Made by a program: the position numbers and the translations under genes. The notes beneath the pieces were generated by a model that saw nothing but the letters and a program-made list of their open reading frames with translations, made no database searches and was not told the DNA's origin. This document shows, in pieces, positions 1 to 17,334 of a DNA stretch of 64,000 nt. Position 1 is the first letter of the stretch. Each line of letters begins with the position of its first letter. The stretch comes from Eledone cirrhosa. Taxonomy: Eukaryota. The stretch spans positions 1,488,001 through 1,552,000 of the forward strand of contig OZ024750.1 in assembly GCA_964016885.1 (NCBI GenBank). The letters run 5' to 3'.

Positions 1-1033
1 TACTTCGGTAACATACAACTCATTTTTGTTCAAGAAGGATTACCCACAAAAAATATGCATTCCGTCTTGCAAAATATATTGACTTTGTGTCTAAATTAGA
101 AATCAATCTAGGTTAATGATGAACATCAATTTAAAAATCTCTTCAAATATCCTACGCATACTTAAAAAAATATCGTAAGTATACTTATATAAATGTCGGC
201 TGGACGGTCCAGACAATAGGAATATATATTTAACATATCTTTTCTATAGATATCTCCATACAGATTTGACCGACGCTGGCATGAGATTCCCCGAGATAAT
301 TGCACACCTATGGGTTCCATCAGTATTCTAGTCGATCATCATTGACTGATGTTGCACTCTATCAACTCCTGTGTTTCGTCATGTAAGTTTTTAATGTACA
401 GGAGGATCATTTTATTGAACCCCCCCCCCCCCCCCCAAAAAAAAACAAACTCCAATACCTGTGAAACACCAGAGATGTTAAAGTATGTGTCAATGAGTGC
501 TGATAGGAGGTTTGGTATGTAAGACATGGATATCGTATTCCAGAGACCGCCGAAAGTGTATAAAGAACACTAGAAAAGATATTATATTTAAAATAATTTC
601 CGTTTGTCTGGTGACTTTTATAGAATTATAAGACATCTAAAGATATTTAAGAAAAATAATCTCATATAAAATTGATGTAAATAGTTAATTGTTTTTAAAG
701 TTTTCATAAATTTTATGAAGAGGTATAGAGTTATATTTGCTGAGTTTTGTCTTTTTATTTGATATTTTAAAAAATAGATCAAATGAAAAAGGAACAAATC
801 AAGTGGAACAAATATGTCAAATATACATGATATTGATTGATCTAATAATTTCTTATGATGAGTATCTTCCCTTTTTCTTCTACCGAAATCATTCCTATCT
901 CTATGTGAAAACATGCATCCTTGGATAACGTAGTAAATTAATAGTCAGACATTGAACAGGAAATCAAAACAGTTCTTGCATGATTATATTATTCTAATAT
1001 CATGATTATATTATTCTAATATCTAATATCTAA

Positions 1034-1223
1034 GGGCGGTGGATTGGCAGTATCGGTAGAGGGTCGGACGCCATGCTTTCCAGCATAGTTACGTCCCTTT
1101 TACGATCTGAGTTCAAATCCCGCCGAGGTTGACTTTGCCTTTCATCCTTACGGGGTCGATAAAATAAAGTACCAGTAATGCACTGAGTAATTGCTGGCCT
1201 TGTGCCTAAAGTAGAAACAATTA
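1034..1223 (+). mobile_element. tRNA-derived SINE, family S1 (short subfamily), full length
   Basis: A-box-like TGGCAGTATCGG, B-box GTTCAAATCC and 3' end GGCCTTGTGCCTAAAGTAGAAACAATT. About 15 related copies in the window. TTATTCTAATATCT occurs on both sides (probable TSD). Confidence 0.9.
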
Positions 1224-1376
1224 TTCTAATATCTTGCGTAGTTTTATTTGTTGTTAAAATCTTATTTCTCCTCTTCTATTGTACAGTATGTCACGATTCA
1301 CAGATAGATCTCGAAAAGCGTTGAAGTAATGAAAACTAAAATAATTCGAAGGAAATGCTGCTTGTAGTTAGTTGAA

Positions 1377-1576
1377 NNNNNNNNNNNNNNNNNNNNNNNN
1401 NNNNNNNNNNNNNNNNNNNNNNNNNNNNNNNNNNNNNNNNNNNNNNNNNNNNNNNNNNNNNNNNNNNNNNNNNNNNNNNNNNNNNNNNNNNNNNNNNNNN
1501 NNNNNNNNNNNNNNNNNNNNNNNNNNNNNNNNNNNNNNNNNNNNNNNNNNNNNNNNNNNNNNNNNNNNNNNNNNNN
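1377..1576. other. Assembly gap (200 N)
   Basis: Run of N next to a long (TA)n array. Confidence 0.99.
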
Positions 1577-3642
<2,066 letters not shown>

Positions 3643-3974
3643 CTCAGTGTATCTCAGTGTGTCACAAGGCCGGGACCATTCGTATAGATTTCTTTATCAT
3701 TCGGTTCCAGATATAGACCAATGAAAATATAGTGCCTTGCTCGAGATCTCAATGCACTACCAGTAATCGATCTCATACTAATGCGGTCCTGAGACGTATT
3801 CAGATGTGCCCACTTCATGTTGATAGATGTATTCTCTCTCCTACCTATCAGACCCACACCCATTGTCAACTACAATTCACAACGGACCGAATGTTGAAGC
3901 GTGGGCTTTATTGAATCGACTCCTGTAATTCTTGGAAATAATCGAGCCTCCTGCCCCCTATTGCCCGTACAAAC

Positions 3975-4375
3975 AACCACGATACTTGAAACTCTCCATC
4001 TACTTCAGTGGAACTCTACTCACATGTAGAGTTGCACTGCACAGGCTTCCTTGAGAGAACGAGTGTCTCAGTCTTGGCATCACTGATTTTCATTCCTGCT
4101 ATGCAACAGGTCAGCAGGAAATCCATTTATATATAATTGAAATTAAAACCAATCTACTCAACTGTTACTTCTTCATGTCAGCATCGCCATCAATATCTGG
4201 TTTCTATCGAATTGTTGCTGCCAGATAAATTAGAGCCATCTACTCTGTTGTGTATGAAATACTTAATCATATGAAAAGTATAACCTTTTTTACCACAGAC
4301 AATACAATAGGGATCTTTCTTCACACTGTATCAGATACATGGTGCAATAACATACTTAGTCTAATACAACCCTAC
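3975..4375 (-). pseudogene. Degenerate RTE-type reverse transcriptase fragment
   Basis: Minus strand reads AGMKISDAKTETLVLSRKPVQC, then a frameshift, then LHVSRVPLK*MESFKYRG. This resembles the RTE RT segment GxKIxxxKT...FKYLG. Confidence 0.7.
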
Positions 4376-4886
4376 ACAAGAACAAATAACTAGCTTAAAC
4401 TAGGTAGAACACCACAACACACAGTATAATTGCCCAGTTAATATAATTAAAATTAGTAACACAACAGAAATAAAGCTCCATTTCAGAACCTTTCAGCGGA
4501 TCTCCTAGTCTATATACTATTTGATGCATAATACAATCTATATAACTTTTCCTTATGCCTAACAACACACACAAAATACAATATATACAACTTTGTGTGG
4601 GTGTCTTTGTGTTTATGTGTGTGCATGTGTGTGTGCGTGTGTGTGATGCATAGAAGGATATGTGAAATGGTAAAGACATATGATTGTCTATGTTTATTGT
4701 TGTTTTTCATGGATAGTTTTACATTAAAAAAAAAACCTGTTTACTCATAAATATAACTTTATTTCCTTTAGTTCGTCTCTTTTCTCTGAGATGTGGAAAC
4801 ATTTTAATACAAAATTACAATGCACTCGCATCTATTTATCTATTCATATTCTTGTGTTTATACACGAAACAGATAAAAACGGAGAG

Positions 4887-4919
<33 letters not shown>

Positions 4920-5023
4920 TTTCTTTATTTGCCACAGGGCGTACAAAAATGTGACATAACAAGACGTGATGGCGGGGGTTTTACATAAAAATCATATAAC
5001 TTTAACATTAGATAGATAGATAG

Positions 5024-5696
<673 letters not shown>

Positions 5697-6097
5697 TCTG
5701 GAATATATCAGCTTGCCATGTTGGAAATGTAGGAAATACGTCGATTAACGCGAGGAAGAGTGACCCCCATGAATCCATCAGCAGTTAAGATACTACGAGA
5801 GAACTGCGTAGCATGGCAAAGCATGATATGGTGAAGGAAAACAAAGGAAAAAGAATGAGAAAGAAAATGTTTTGATAGCAGAAATGATATCGGAAATAGA
5901 AATATATGATTAAGTCTCTGTTATGTTGAGTCGAAACTTTGCTGATATTGAAAGTGGAGGAATAATTACTTCGGAAGTGTGGCCAATATGTTTGGCATGT
6001 ATTAGTGTCAGCAAAGTTACTAAATGTGGGACATTTGGCAGCCATTTGCAATGAGGGAAACACACATGAATTCATACACACCAACATGTAGTATATA

Positions 6098-6285
6098 ATT
6101 GTTTCTACGTTAGGCACAAGGCCAGCAAATACCCAGTGCATTACTGGTACTTTATTTTATCGACCCCGTAAGGATGAAAGGCAAAGTCAACCTCGGCGGG
6201 ATTTGAACTCAGATCGTAAAGGGACGTAACTATGCTGGAAAGTATGGCGTCCGACCCTCTACCGATACTGCCAATCCACCGCCCC
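6098..6285 (-). mobile_element. SINE S1, full length, 12-bp TSD
   Basis: Near-identical reverse complement of 1034-1223. TSD GTAGTATATAAT at 6088-6099 and 6286-6297. Confidence 0.92.
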
Positions 6286-6621
6286 GTAGTATATAATAAT
6301 AATGGATATGTGTCTGCTATACTAACGTATAACAACGGGAAATCTGCTTAGTTTCGATGGAAAGATATGGATTACGGTAATATAACTTTTACAGTGACAA
6401 CTATTATCTATTGTATTCAAGTAAACAGACATCCTAAGATATGAACATAATTAAATAGGATGCAGTAACCACAATGTCAAGAATGATACGCAGTTTGTTT
6501 CAGTTAGCGATATATATATATATATAGTTTTGCGAGGTTTTTATAAATAAATAAATAAATAAATAAACAGATTAAATAAAGATGGTGTTGACATACAATA
6601 TAACGGGAGGAAACATAATAG

Positions 6622-6860
6622 CACCACTGACGATGTTGCAGATGTGCAACAAAAGAACTTTGTTAGACTATATATATGTGTTTGTGTCTATATTATATCT
6701 GTATTTTTGACCGTTGGTCAGTCAATGGTAAACATTGAGGACCGAATAAATTAACTGATATAAAAGATACAGAAGCAAAAACCAACCAAACAGTAAGTGT
6801 GTTCTGTTATTAATTCTGGCAATATTATAACAACAATATGACCCTCCCCAAGTATAACTA
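6622..6860 (+). mobile_element. HHR element family Y (degenerate hammerhead plus ATGACCCTCCC-AAGTATAAC tail)
   Basis: CTGACGA-T-GTTGCA-gatg-TGCAAC-AAAA-GAACT (GAAA mutated) at 6627-6659. The tail motif is shared with ~25490, ~28222, ~49360 and ~49465. Confidence 0.6.
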
Positions 6861-6915
6861 TATATATACCTAAGAGAGTATTGAAGTTTGCTTGAAGCAT
6901 TGTGGAATAATAAGA

Positions 6916-7280
6916 TAAATTTCTTTAAGTCGTTTGGAAGCCTCGACAATGCAGATGGGTAAATCTCCGGGTAACAAGATCCGGTGGTGGAGAACAACGC
7001 GAGAGAGAGTTACCCTGGGAGAGATTTAATTGTCCCTATATATTTCGGATTCACATCCATCAACTGGGTTTTTTTTCCGGGGGGGGGGGGAGGTTGTCTG
7101 TCGGAAAGGTGCGAAACGTGTCCTCCGTTGTTCGTTGTTTTGAATATCTGAGGTACTCAGCAGAGCGCGCGTGCGCGTGAAATGGGGTCGGTTAGGTAGA
7201 GGTCAGCGGCTGAAGTAGTTCTTTCAATTGTGAGAGTGGGGTGGCGCTAGATGTCAGTCCATTCTCTGCCTGTTTGGTGA

Positions 7281-7320
<40 letters not shown>

Positions 7321-7639
7321 GTTGCTGCATTTGTTAACTTAAACCAACCACCTCATTTCGCTTCTCTCTGATCGACCCCATTTCACGCGCACGCGCGCTC
7401 TGCTGAGTACCTCAGATATTCAAAACAACGAATAGCGGAGGACACGTTTCGCACCCTTCCGACAGACAACCTCCCCCGAAAAAAGTCCTAGTTGATGGAT
7501 GTGAATCCGAAATATATGGGGACAACTAAATCTCTCCCAAGGTAACTCTCTCTCGTGTTGTTCTCCACCACCGGATCTCGTTACCCGGAGATTTACCCAT
7601 CTGCAATGTCGAGGCTTCCAAACGACTTAAAGAAATTTA
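6916..7639. repeat. Long imperfect inverted repeat (arms 6916-7190 and 7373-7639, ~180-bp spacer)
   Basis: The arms are reverse complements with scattered substitutions, which is why the ORFs at 6722-6997(-) and 7555-7914(+) share [23 protein letters not shown]. The right end abuts a TA array. Confidence 0.93.
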
Positions 7640-7640
7640 C

Positions 7641-9572
<1,932 letters not shown>

Positions 9573-10137
9573 TTATAACAGTAGGTGAGTCGTACTTTTA
9601 TACTACAAAATCTACGTTTATTTTCCACAGAATATATATTACTTTGAGAAAATAATTCCTATTTTTTTAAAATGATGTCTTTTTCTTCTTTGAGAATCGC
9701 TAAATATTACCTCTTGAGGAGTATTGGAGTTAATTAAGTATCTTTGCAAATAGAATTCAGTACTTTATCCTTTAATTTATTGCGTATAGTGATCCACATA
9801 AACACTAGACAAACATGCAATATATATAAACACGCATTGGTATACATACATACACAGATCTATATCATCAAAAATAAAATGGCTTCCGTACTAATAAGGA
9901 ATAATTATTTGTTCTGGAAAAACCATTGTTGTGCAACTTATTAATTTGTAAAAAGAAAATCGTAGACAATTTGTCTCTGAAATGAGACGCTTTTCTGTCG
10001 CAGGTGAATTTTAGCAAATATTTCACATTAGCAATGCTCTTAAAACTTCGAGAAATTCTTATTATTGTCACTTCTAAACCCATTAATTACGCATCTACCT
10101 GAAATTGTCAACAGTTCAGTTCTGATACAAAAAAAAA

Positions 10138-10310
10138 GCGTCGGACAACATACTTTGTGGTATATAGTTACGTCCCTTTACGTTCTAAGTTCAAATCCCG
10201 CCGAATTTAGCTTTGCCTTTCATCCTTACGAGGTTGATAAAATAAAGTACCAGTAATGCACTTGGGTTGATTTAATTGACCTGCCCCTCCCCACCAAAAT
10301 TGTTGGACTT
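10138..10310 (+). mobile_element. SINE S1 (long subfamily), 5'-truncated
   Basis: GTTCAAATCCCGCCG...TTTGCCTTTCATCCTT...AAAGTACCAGT. Confidence 0.85.
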
Positions 10311-10530
10311 ATTAAATGATAATATTAGTTATATTATTTAATCCTTCAAAATATTTGATTATTTTTCAGAATTATTTGATTAGTAATTTTGTTATAAAGA
10401 TGGTAACGAAGGCACTGAATTAGTAAACTTCTTACACCGTCCAATTTGCTTAGCTCCAACTCAATCTTCATCAATGAAATCACGACATTCAAATTATGAC
10501 AATCCTATATCAATTCATCTATAGGAGTCT

Positions 10531-10812
10531 GGAGGCTAGTGTCCTAGTGGTAAAGGTGTTCGACTTACGATCATAATGTCGTGGGTTCGATTCCTGGGCT
10601 GAGTTGCGTGTTGTGTTCTTGAGCAAAATACTTCATTTCACGTTGCTCCAGTGTACTGAGCTGTAAATGAGTACCAGCAATACCCGGGGATTTAAACTTG
10701 CAATAGACTGGCGTCCTATCCACGAGGAAGTATTGTACTCTCAGTCACTTCACACCATGAAACCGGGATAAGCCCGGCCCAACGAGCCTTCTGGTTTAAG
10801 ACAGACTTTAGA
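10531..10812 (+). mobile_element. CORE-like tRNA SINE (family S2)
   Basis: A-box CCTAGTGG and B-box GGTTCGATTCC, then TGTGTTCTTGAGCAAAATACTT resembling the CORE-SINE domain. Related to 55838 and 36500-36757. Confidence 0.75.
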
Positions 10813-11579
10813 CCTTTAAAATGTCTTAGTCGCTGAAGGAATAGCGTATACTTTTAGGGAGGCCTGGCTAGAATGCTTGCCAGAGAATAACAGAATGTAA
10901 TTCCCTAAAAGTACTCTATGATTATTTAGTGATGTTAAACTGGGAAATACACTATGTCTACCAACTAAATTCGAATTCTCGACAAGTGTACCTTTAAAAT
11001 CTTTCACAGAATGGCGTCAATACCATTTTTCGGTCAAAAGTAGGAATTTTACAATGGAAACTAGAATATACTTTGGTATTAAAACCATCACCATACACAT
11101 CCAGCACAGCTGTCACCAGCAGCAACATCCCCAAGTGGTGGTAAGGATTTGAAAGCAAACATGTTCTATTTTCCATTGGAAAATCCTTATGAATCCAATG
11201 ATACACCATTATAAAAGCAGTCATACTGAGCATGGATCAATTAATTATGTTCCCACTACATCAACATAAACTAGACATAAATGGATGGCTTGATGAGTGA
11301 GTAATTAATGTTTTAACACTATGAGCTAAGATTTATATTAGCAGCACTTCTACGATTCTCATAAATTATGCCGAAGCATGGACATGTAATGCTTAAATAA
11401 TGGTTTCATAAATGGATTTCATTAACATTTCTTTCTTGGTTTAATCCCCTAAAACATCTTTTAAAGATATATTAAAAACACATCCTATAAAAAGGAAACT
11501 GATATATTTATTCCTAATGGTTTTGCTGGAATATTTCAATTATAGTTAGAAGAAATGAAGACTGTTGGAATGAAATATG

Positions 11580-11750
11580 GATTTCTGATATTAGCACAAA
11601 GCCAGTAAATTTAGAGGGAGCGTAAAGCTGATTACATGATACTCAGTGCTTGACTGGCACTTACATTTATTGACCCCGGAAGGATGAAATATAAAGTCAA
11701 GCTTGGTGAGGTTTGAACTTAGTACGTAATGAACCAGAATAAATACTACA
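11580..11750 (-). mobile_element. Old SINE S1-related copy
   Basis: GCACAAAGCCAG...GACCCCGGAAGGATGAAA...TTTGAACT. Confidence 0.7.
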
Positions 11751-11789
11751 ATATAAGCTTTTTTTATGTCGGATGTTAAATGGTTTTAC

Positions 11790-12660
11790 AGAGAAATTGG
11801 GACACAGACCATTCACGTATAGGAACTTCCTTCAATTCATGTGACTGAAGAAATTTGTAAAACGGTATTGAGTACAGATATATGTCATAATGTGAATGAA
11901 GAATCGATAGAGAACATGGAAGAAGCATACAATCATTTAGAACGGCAGACTTGGCAAGATATAACTATAAAAGTATTTGAGTTAGCACTTAAGAAAGCCA
12001 ACAAACGAAAGTCTTCCGGCATTGACAAAGTGCCAAACGCTGGTTATCTTCACTGACAACTACTCAGGACACGTTGGTGAAATGATAGTATGAAATTATT
12101 TCAAACCCCGGACAAATGCTGCCTGGGTTGCAAAGGTATAACATATTCTTTGTCAAAATAGACAGTAACAAATATTCGAAATATTATCGACACATCACCT
12201 GTTTTTCCACACCATATATAATTCTCAATTTTAAATGAGAAAAGCTACAAATTTATGAACGACAACCATTATTTCCCTTTTGAGCAGAAACGTTGTTGCC
12301 GTGGATATAACTGCTATGCAATCCAACTTCTATTTAACCGTAGGATTATGGAAAACTGTGATGAAAAACACAGAGGTTTGGACACTGCATGGTTTGACTA
12401 CGAAAACGCTTTTTACAGTGTTCGCCATTCATGGACTTTTGGATGTTCTAGACAATTCCCCAGTACTATCAAACTTGTCGAAATAAAACAGCTATTTATG
12501 GAATAGAAATCTATAACTGTCACCCAATGATAGATCCATAAATGCCAGCAACAAAAACATTAACTGTGCTATGATTCAAGGGGATCCGATTTCTCCTCCG
12601 TTATTTGCTATTGCACACATACCTTTGAAATCCAACAAAACGCAATATGACTACAAAATA
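11790..12660 (+). pseudogene. Degenerate R4/Dong-clade non-LTR RT fragment
   Basis: Fragmented motifs KSSGIDKVPN, YRHITCFSTTIY, EQKRCCRG..QLL..TAWFDYENAFYSVRHSW and IQGDPISPPLF correspond to R4-type KAPGxD, YRPITC, EQKGC..WIDYxKAFDSVPHSW and QGDxLSP. Confidence 0.8.
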
Positions 12661-14489
12661 GATAGTACAACATTTGAACTAGGTACATGGTAAGACGTCT
12701 TTGCAAGAGAATATGTCTCGAATTGTCAACGCCATGTCATATTCTGTGACTTTCTCAATTTGAGTTATTTTCAAAGCAATAAAGCACCGTTCATCTGGCA
12801 GCTGCGGCCATCACATCTGTTGGGTTAGCTAATTGGAACCTTTTCTACTCAACAGCGACCAATTAGGCCGTCTGTGTCTGGCATAAATCTGTATTGAGCA
12901 GGGAGATTTTAATGAGATCTGTTGTTTTTGTGGCTACAGATGTGAAAATATTGTTATATTCTTATTGTTGCCTGTAGTACGTATGTTATTTTTTTTTTGT
13001 ATTTTCTTGGTTGTCGTTGTTGTTGGTGTCAATGTTCTCTGTTGTAGTGGTGGTGAAAGTTTTGTTTTTGTTATTGGTGTGGTTCATTTTGTCATTGGTG
13101 ATGCTAATGTCAGTGTTGAGGTTGTCGTCCATGTTGTTGTTATTGTCGTCGTTGTCGTTCTTGCTGTGTCTTGTTAACATTTTTGGTGTTACTTTCGTCG
13201 GTGGAAGTGAAAATTGTCTTCGTTCACTGTTTTCTTTTAGTTGTAATTGTTGTTATTGTTATTGATGTTTATTTTTCCGATATTTTTATTGTTTTTATTG
13301 GTAGGTTTTGTTGTTGTAGTGGCATGGGCGGCAAAGATATTGTTCAGACTACTATTTAGAGGAGATTCGTTGTATTTTGGGTTTTAAATAAAATATATAG
13401 TTGCAACAGTTCACTGCTGCTAGTGTAGTTGTTCTCACTACTATTGTGATGGTAGTGTTGGGGATGCTACTCTGCTTATCTGTTTCTATGGTTGAAAACG
13501 AAACGTGATTTTTTTACTATAGCTTCACATGTTTACTTTTTTATTGTCGTTGTTGACTTGTGCCACAGGGCGAGGGCAATGAACGGGGTGGGGTCTTATA
13601 TTGTTGTTATTGAACAAGCAGGTGGTGTCACCATATTGTATTGTTTGAGGTTTCTTAAAACCAGAATTTAATACAAGTTTGTTTGTTTTTTTCTGCGCAA
13701 TAGTGAGCAGAATAGCGGCTGCCCTTCTCGCGCTATGAAGTAGGGTTTCTCATTAACAATAAAATACCAGACTGCAAAAAGGTGTGTGTTACATATAAAG
13801 AAAACAAGAAATTTACGAGAGCTGAAGCGATAAACATTTCTAAGTATAATGATGATGATGATAACAACAACAACAACAATGCCGAAAAGAGATTTAATGA
13901 GGAATTTCTTCATGGCGATGATGATGATAGCTTATGTTAAAGCTGATAATGATAAGGCAAACAATATTTGCAATAATCTAGAAGAAAATCAATATTCTTC
14001 TATGTTCAGCATCTCTATCATCAATAGCCACGAATAACAAAGCTCTGTTATAAATTAATAAATATCAACGACATGACTATTCCACTACCAGTTTTGTGTA
14101 CGTCATCACCGCCATTATTATCGTACACGAATACCAGTAGGAAAAAAAGTGCTTATAAACATATAAAAAGAAGAAAAAAAAGAAAGAAAATGTTTTACAG
14201 TATTTTAAAAGAAAACAATCTGAATAACAAAACTAAAGTTAAACAAGAATGAATTAACAGAGCTATTCCATATTTTACATCACGAACGCCTGCAGTCAGT
14301 CTACTTCTCCATAATGAAGATACTTTGCCTTCAGTTTTTCTGTTAAAAAATACCTACTTTTAATATCGAACATGACAACCAGCAATCCGAAAAATTAACT
14401 TAGTAGCAAACAGTATACGACCTGCCAGCACCATTTTCATCACAACCACAACATCAACAACATTTCGTACAAGTATGAATCATTAATAC

Positions 14490-15100
14490 ATCTAAGATTT
14501 GAACAAGGCTATAACATCTGGGGAAATAAGTAGTTCATTGAATCGATTCAATTATTGGACTGGTAATTATTTTATCGACCTGAGAAGGATGAAAGTGAAG
14601 ACGGTCTCGGTAGGCTTTCAACAACTAAAAACAAAGGATATAGATAAATTCAAGGTATTTTGCCTGATGTTCTAACGATTCTGTCCCCTCTGCCTATCTA
14701 TTAACTACAGTAGTTCAACACACAGATGTAAAATTTCTAGTGAAGATACTATCGAGTTCTTCGATCTCTCTCTATATCTAGTTTATCACCTGAAAAGTTG
14801 AAAGCTATGTTTGACCCCAGAACCCCAACATATGGAACTAAATACTGGACACTATTTTATTTGGAACTCTACTCAATCTTCTTTTCATCATAACGGTTTC
14901 TAAATTTGACACAGGGCCAACAATGTTCGGGGAACGAACCATCATATTGACCCAAGTACTTGACTGGTATTCTATATTATTGACCCCGGAAGGCTGAAAA
15001 TCAAATTTGTCCTCCACGCTGGAATTTGAAACAAGAACGTAGAGACCCGTAACGAAATAATGCACAGTATTTCCTCCTCCGACGAACGAATCTGACAATT
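14490..15100 (-). mobile_element. Two or more old S1-related SINE remnants
   Basis: TTTATCGACCTGAGAAGGATGAAA at ~14570. ATTGACCCCGGAAGG...GGAATTTGAA at ~14980-15030. Confidence 0.6.
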
Positions 15101-15199
15101 CCTTGTACTCCAACTTCATAATATTGCTAAGATAGGCAGAGTGTAGAAGTTGTTGGTTTTATTGTCATGTTTTTGACGTTGCTGCTACTACCAGGATGA

Positions 15200-15545
15200 A
15201 ATGGTAGTGATGATGTATGTGGTGGTGGTGGTGGTAGTGGTGATGATGGTGGTGAAATGGTGGTGGTGATGTATGTGGTGGTGGTGATGGTAGTGGTGAT
15301 GATGGTGGTGAAATGGTGGTGGTGATGATGGTGGTGGTGGTGATAGTGGTGGTGGTGATGTAGGTGGTGGTGATGGTAATGGTGATGGTAGTGGTGATGG
15401 TGGTGGTGATGGTGATGTAGTTGGTGGTGATGGTGGTGGTGATGATGATGAAGGTGGTGGTGATGGTAGTGGTGATAGTGGTGGTGGTGGTGATATAGTT
15501 GGTGGTGATGATGATGTAGGTGGTGGCAGTGGTGATGGCTGTATT
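15200..15545. repeat. Degenerate (GGT/GAT)n trinucleotide repeat
   Basis: Direct reading. Confidence 0.9.
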
Positions 15546-16118
15546 CATGTGAGTGTTGTTGTTGTTACTGTTCTTTTGTTGTAATGTTTTATTTTGAGCA
15601 CAAAAACTACGAAGTTCCCTCTCACCTCTCTAAGTGTAAATTAGTGTGGCATACCTAGAAAATGGATCGCTCCACGTAAATTAAATTTATCTTATATATT
15701 TAGATTCTAACTTCGCCAAATTATATGACAAATATATAATTCTTGCTGTAAACAATGTTCTGTTATGATGCTCCTTATGCAAGTAACTAAAAGCATTACT
15801 CTGTCACTGACCTTCTTTAGCTCCAGGTCATACATAATAGTCGGGTAAGTAATTATGTAAATAATTAAAGGAATATATAATGATAATAATATCAACATTA
15901 GTAACGGAAATAACAATTAATCATATATACATTGTAACAGATTTATTGATTAAGCAATTATATAACTATATTAATTAGCGCTAGCAGTAACATAGCGTGA
16001 TTATTAATAGAGGTGAATATAAAAGGTGTTTATGTACATTAAAAGTAGATATGTCAAGCTACGAATATTTTATGTATATAAGGTATAGCTTAGTCTTGTC
16101 TCACTAACGAGTAAATAG

Positions 16119-16165
16119 ATGTCACTGATGATGGGTATAATTCCTGAAACGCTAGCGTCTGGCGT
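16119..16165 (+). ncRNA. Minimal type I hammerhead ribozyme
   Basis: Stem I ATGTCA/TGGCGT (with G-U pairs), CTGATGA, T-GGG-tataatt-CCT, GAAA, palindromic stem III ACGCTAGCGT. Predicted GUC cleavage after 16159. Confidence 0.7.
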
Positions 16166-16894
16166 TTTCCCATAGCTCCAGAGATAGATATGACATGCTC
16201 ACTCCAAAACATCATTCGTAGTGATGTTTATATCATACATAAACATATCGTACATGACGATCAGCAGAAAGTGTCCACAACTCGACGGAGCAGCCGCATC
16301 AGTTTTATCAAGCTTCGTACTTCCAAGCTGACTGATACGTTTTCAGGTTTAATGTCATATAATATAGAGAGTTTTTATAATGATAAATATGCTTATAATT
16401 TCAAACAACAGATTAAAATTTATATAAAAGCCGGTTTTGACGGGGGAAAATGTGACGGTTGCATCTGCGAGATTCGAACCTCACATCTACTGTACACTGG
16501 ACATAATTAGCGAAGACGACTCAACAGATTTTAATATCTATTCTTACGGTTATAAATGTATTAATGGATTATGTGGTTATGTACGTGTGTTTGTGTGTTG
16601 TCATAGTTATATAATATCAAACGTACCATTTGTCTGGGTCTTATTTTACCGAGAGGTTTGCTGTACAATTAACAAACTCTGAACTTGAGGGACTGTAATT
16701 ATATTTAACATTATTTTCCTCCTTGTCTCATCACAACCTGTTGTTAGCCACGGATATGATAATGGTATCAATGCTATTTCTAATGCGGATTCATTTTAGC
16801 ATTGGACACGGGCATTATCTGTAGTGTTAATTTCCTGTTTCTGTAAAACATAATTACTTGGTTTAGGGGCCAGGTGGATCTCATTTATAGATTT

Positions 16895-17090
16895 ACGATC
16901 CAGGGCATAGTTAAGGGATGGCGAAGAAAATCCGGTTTCAACACCATCTTGGATTGGACTGGTCAAAACACTGATACCCTTCCACGTATGACGGTGAATA
17001 GAGAACAGTAGCGACGACTCAATGCGGAATCCGTCTACAGTGGCAACCCAACGACATGCTGCACCAGTTGCGGAAACAATGATGATGAAT
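16895..17090 (+). pseudogene. RTE-type LINE 3' end remnant
   Basis: IQGIVKGWRRKS...ILDWTG...NREQ*RR-like translation followed by a (GAT)n tail. Confidence 0.5.
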
Positions 17091-17183
17091 ATTTAAAACG
17101 AAGCGATACAGTGTTATATTACTATACAGAGTAAAACTATGCTCTATCATTTTACCTTTAGTGGCAAACTTACACTTCTATAT

Positions 17184-17334
17184 CAGACCTGCCAACCTCT
17201 AAAAATCCACACGGGGACAAACGAGGCAAAATGGGGAGACTTTACATAATGAAAGCTATATCCATTTTTCAAGAGAAGAACCTACTTTGTGGGTGAGGTA
17301 TCTTCCCGTCGGACGGGGAGAGTTGACAGGTCTG
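17184..17334. mobile_element. ~150-bp MITE with ~14-bp TIRs (hAT-like ends)
   Basis: CAGACCTGCCAACCT...AGTTGACAGGTCTG. A second copy lies at 30615-30972. Confidence 0.75.

Noticed and set aside
1-560. Possible coding or transposase remnant
   Set aside because: Only short stop-interrupted frames, with no motif I can support.
15165-15548. Thr/His/Pro-rich mucin-like ORF
   Set aside because: Product of a (GGT/GAT)n repeat, with no splice or domain evidence.
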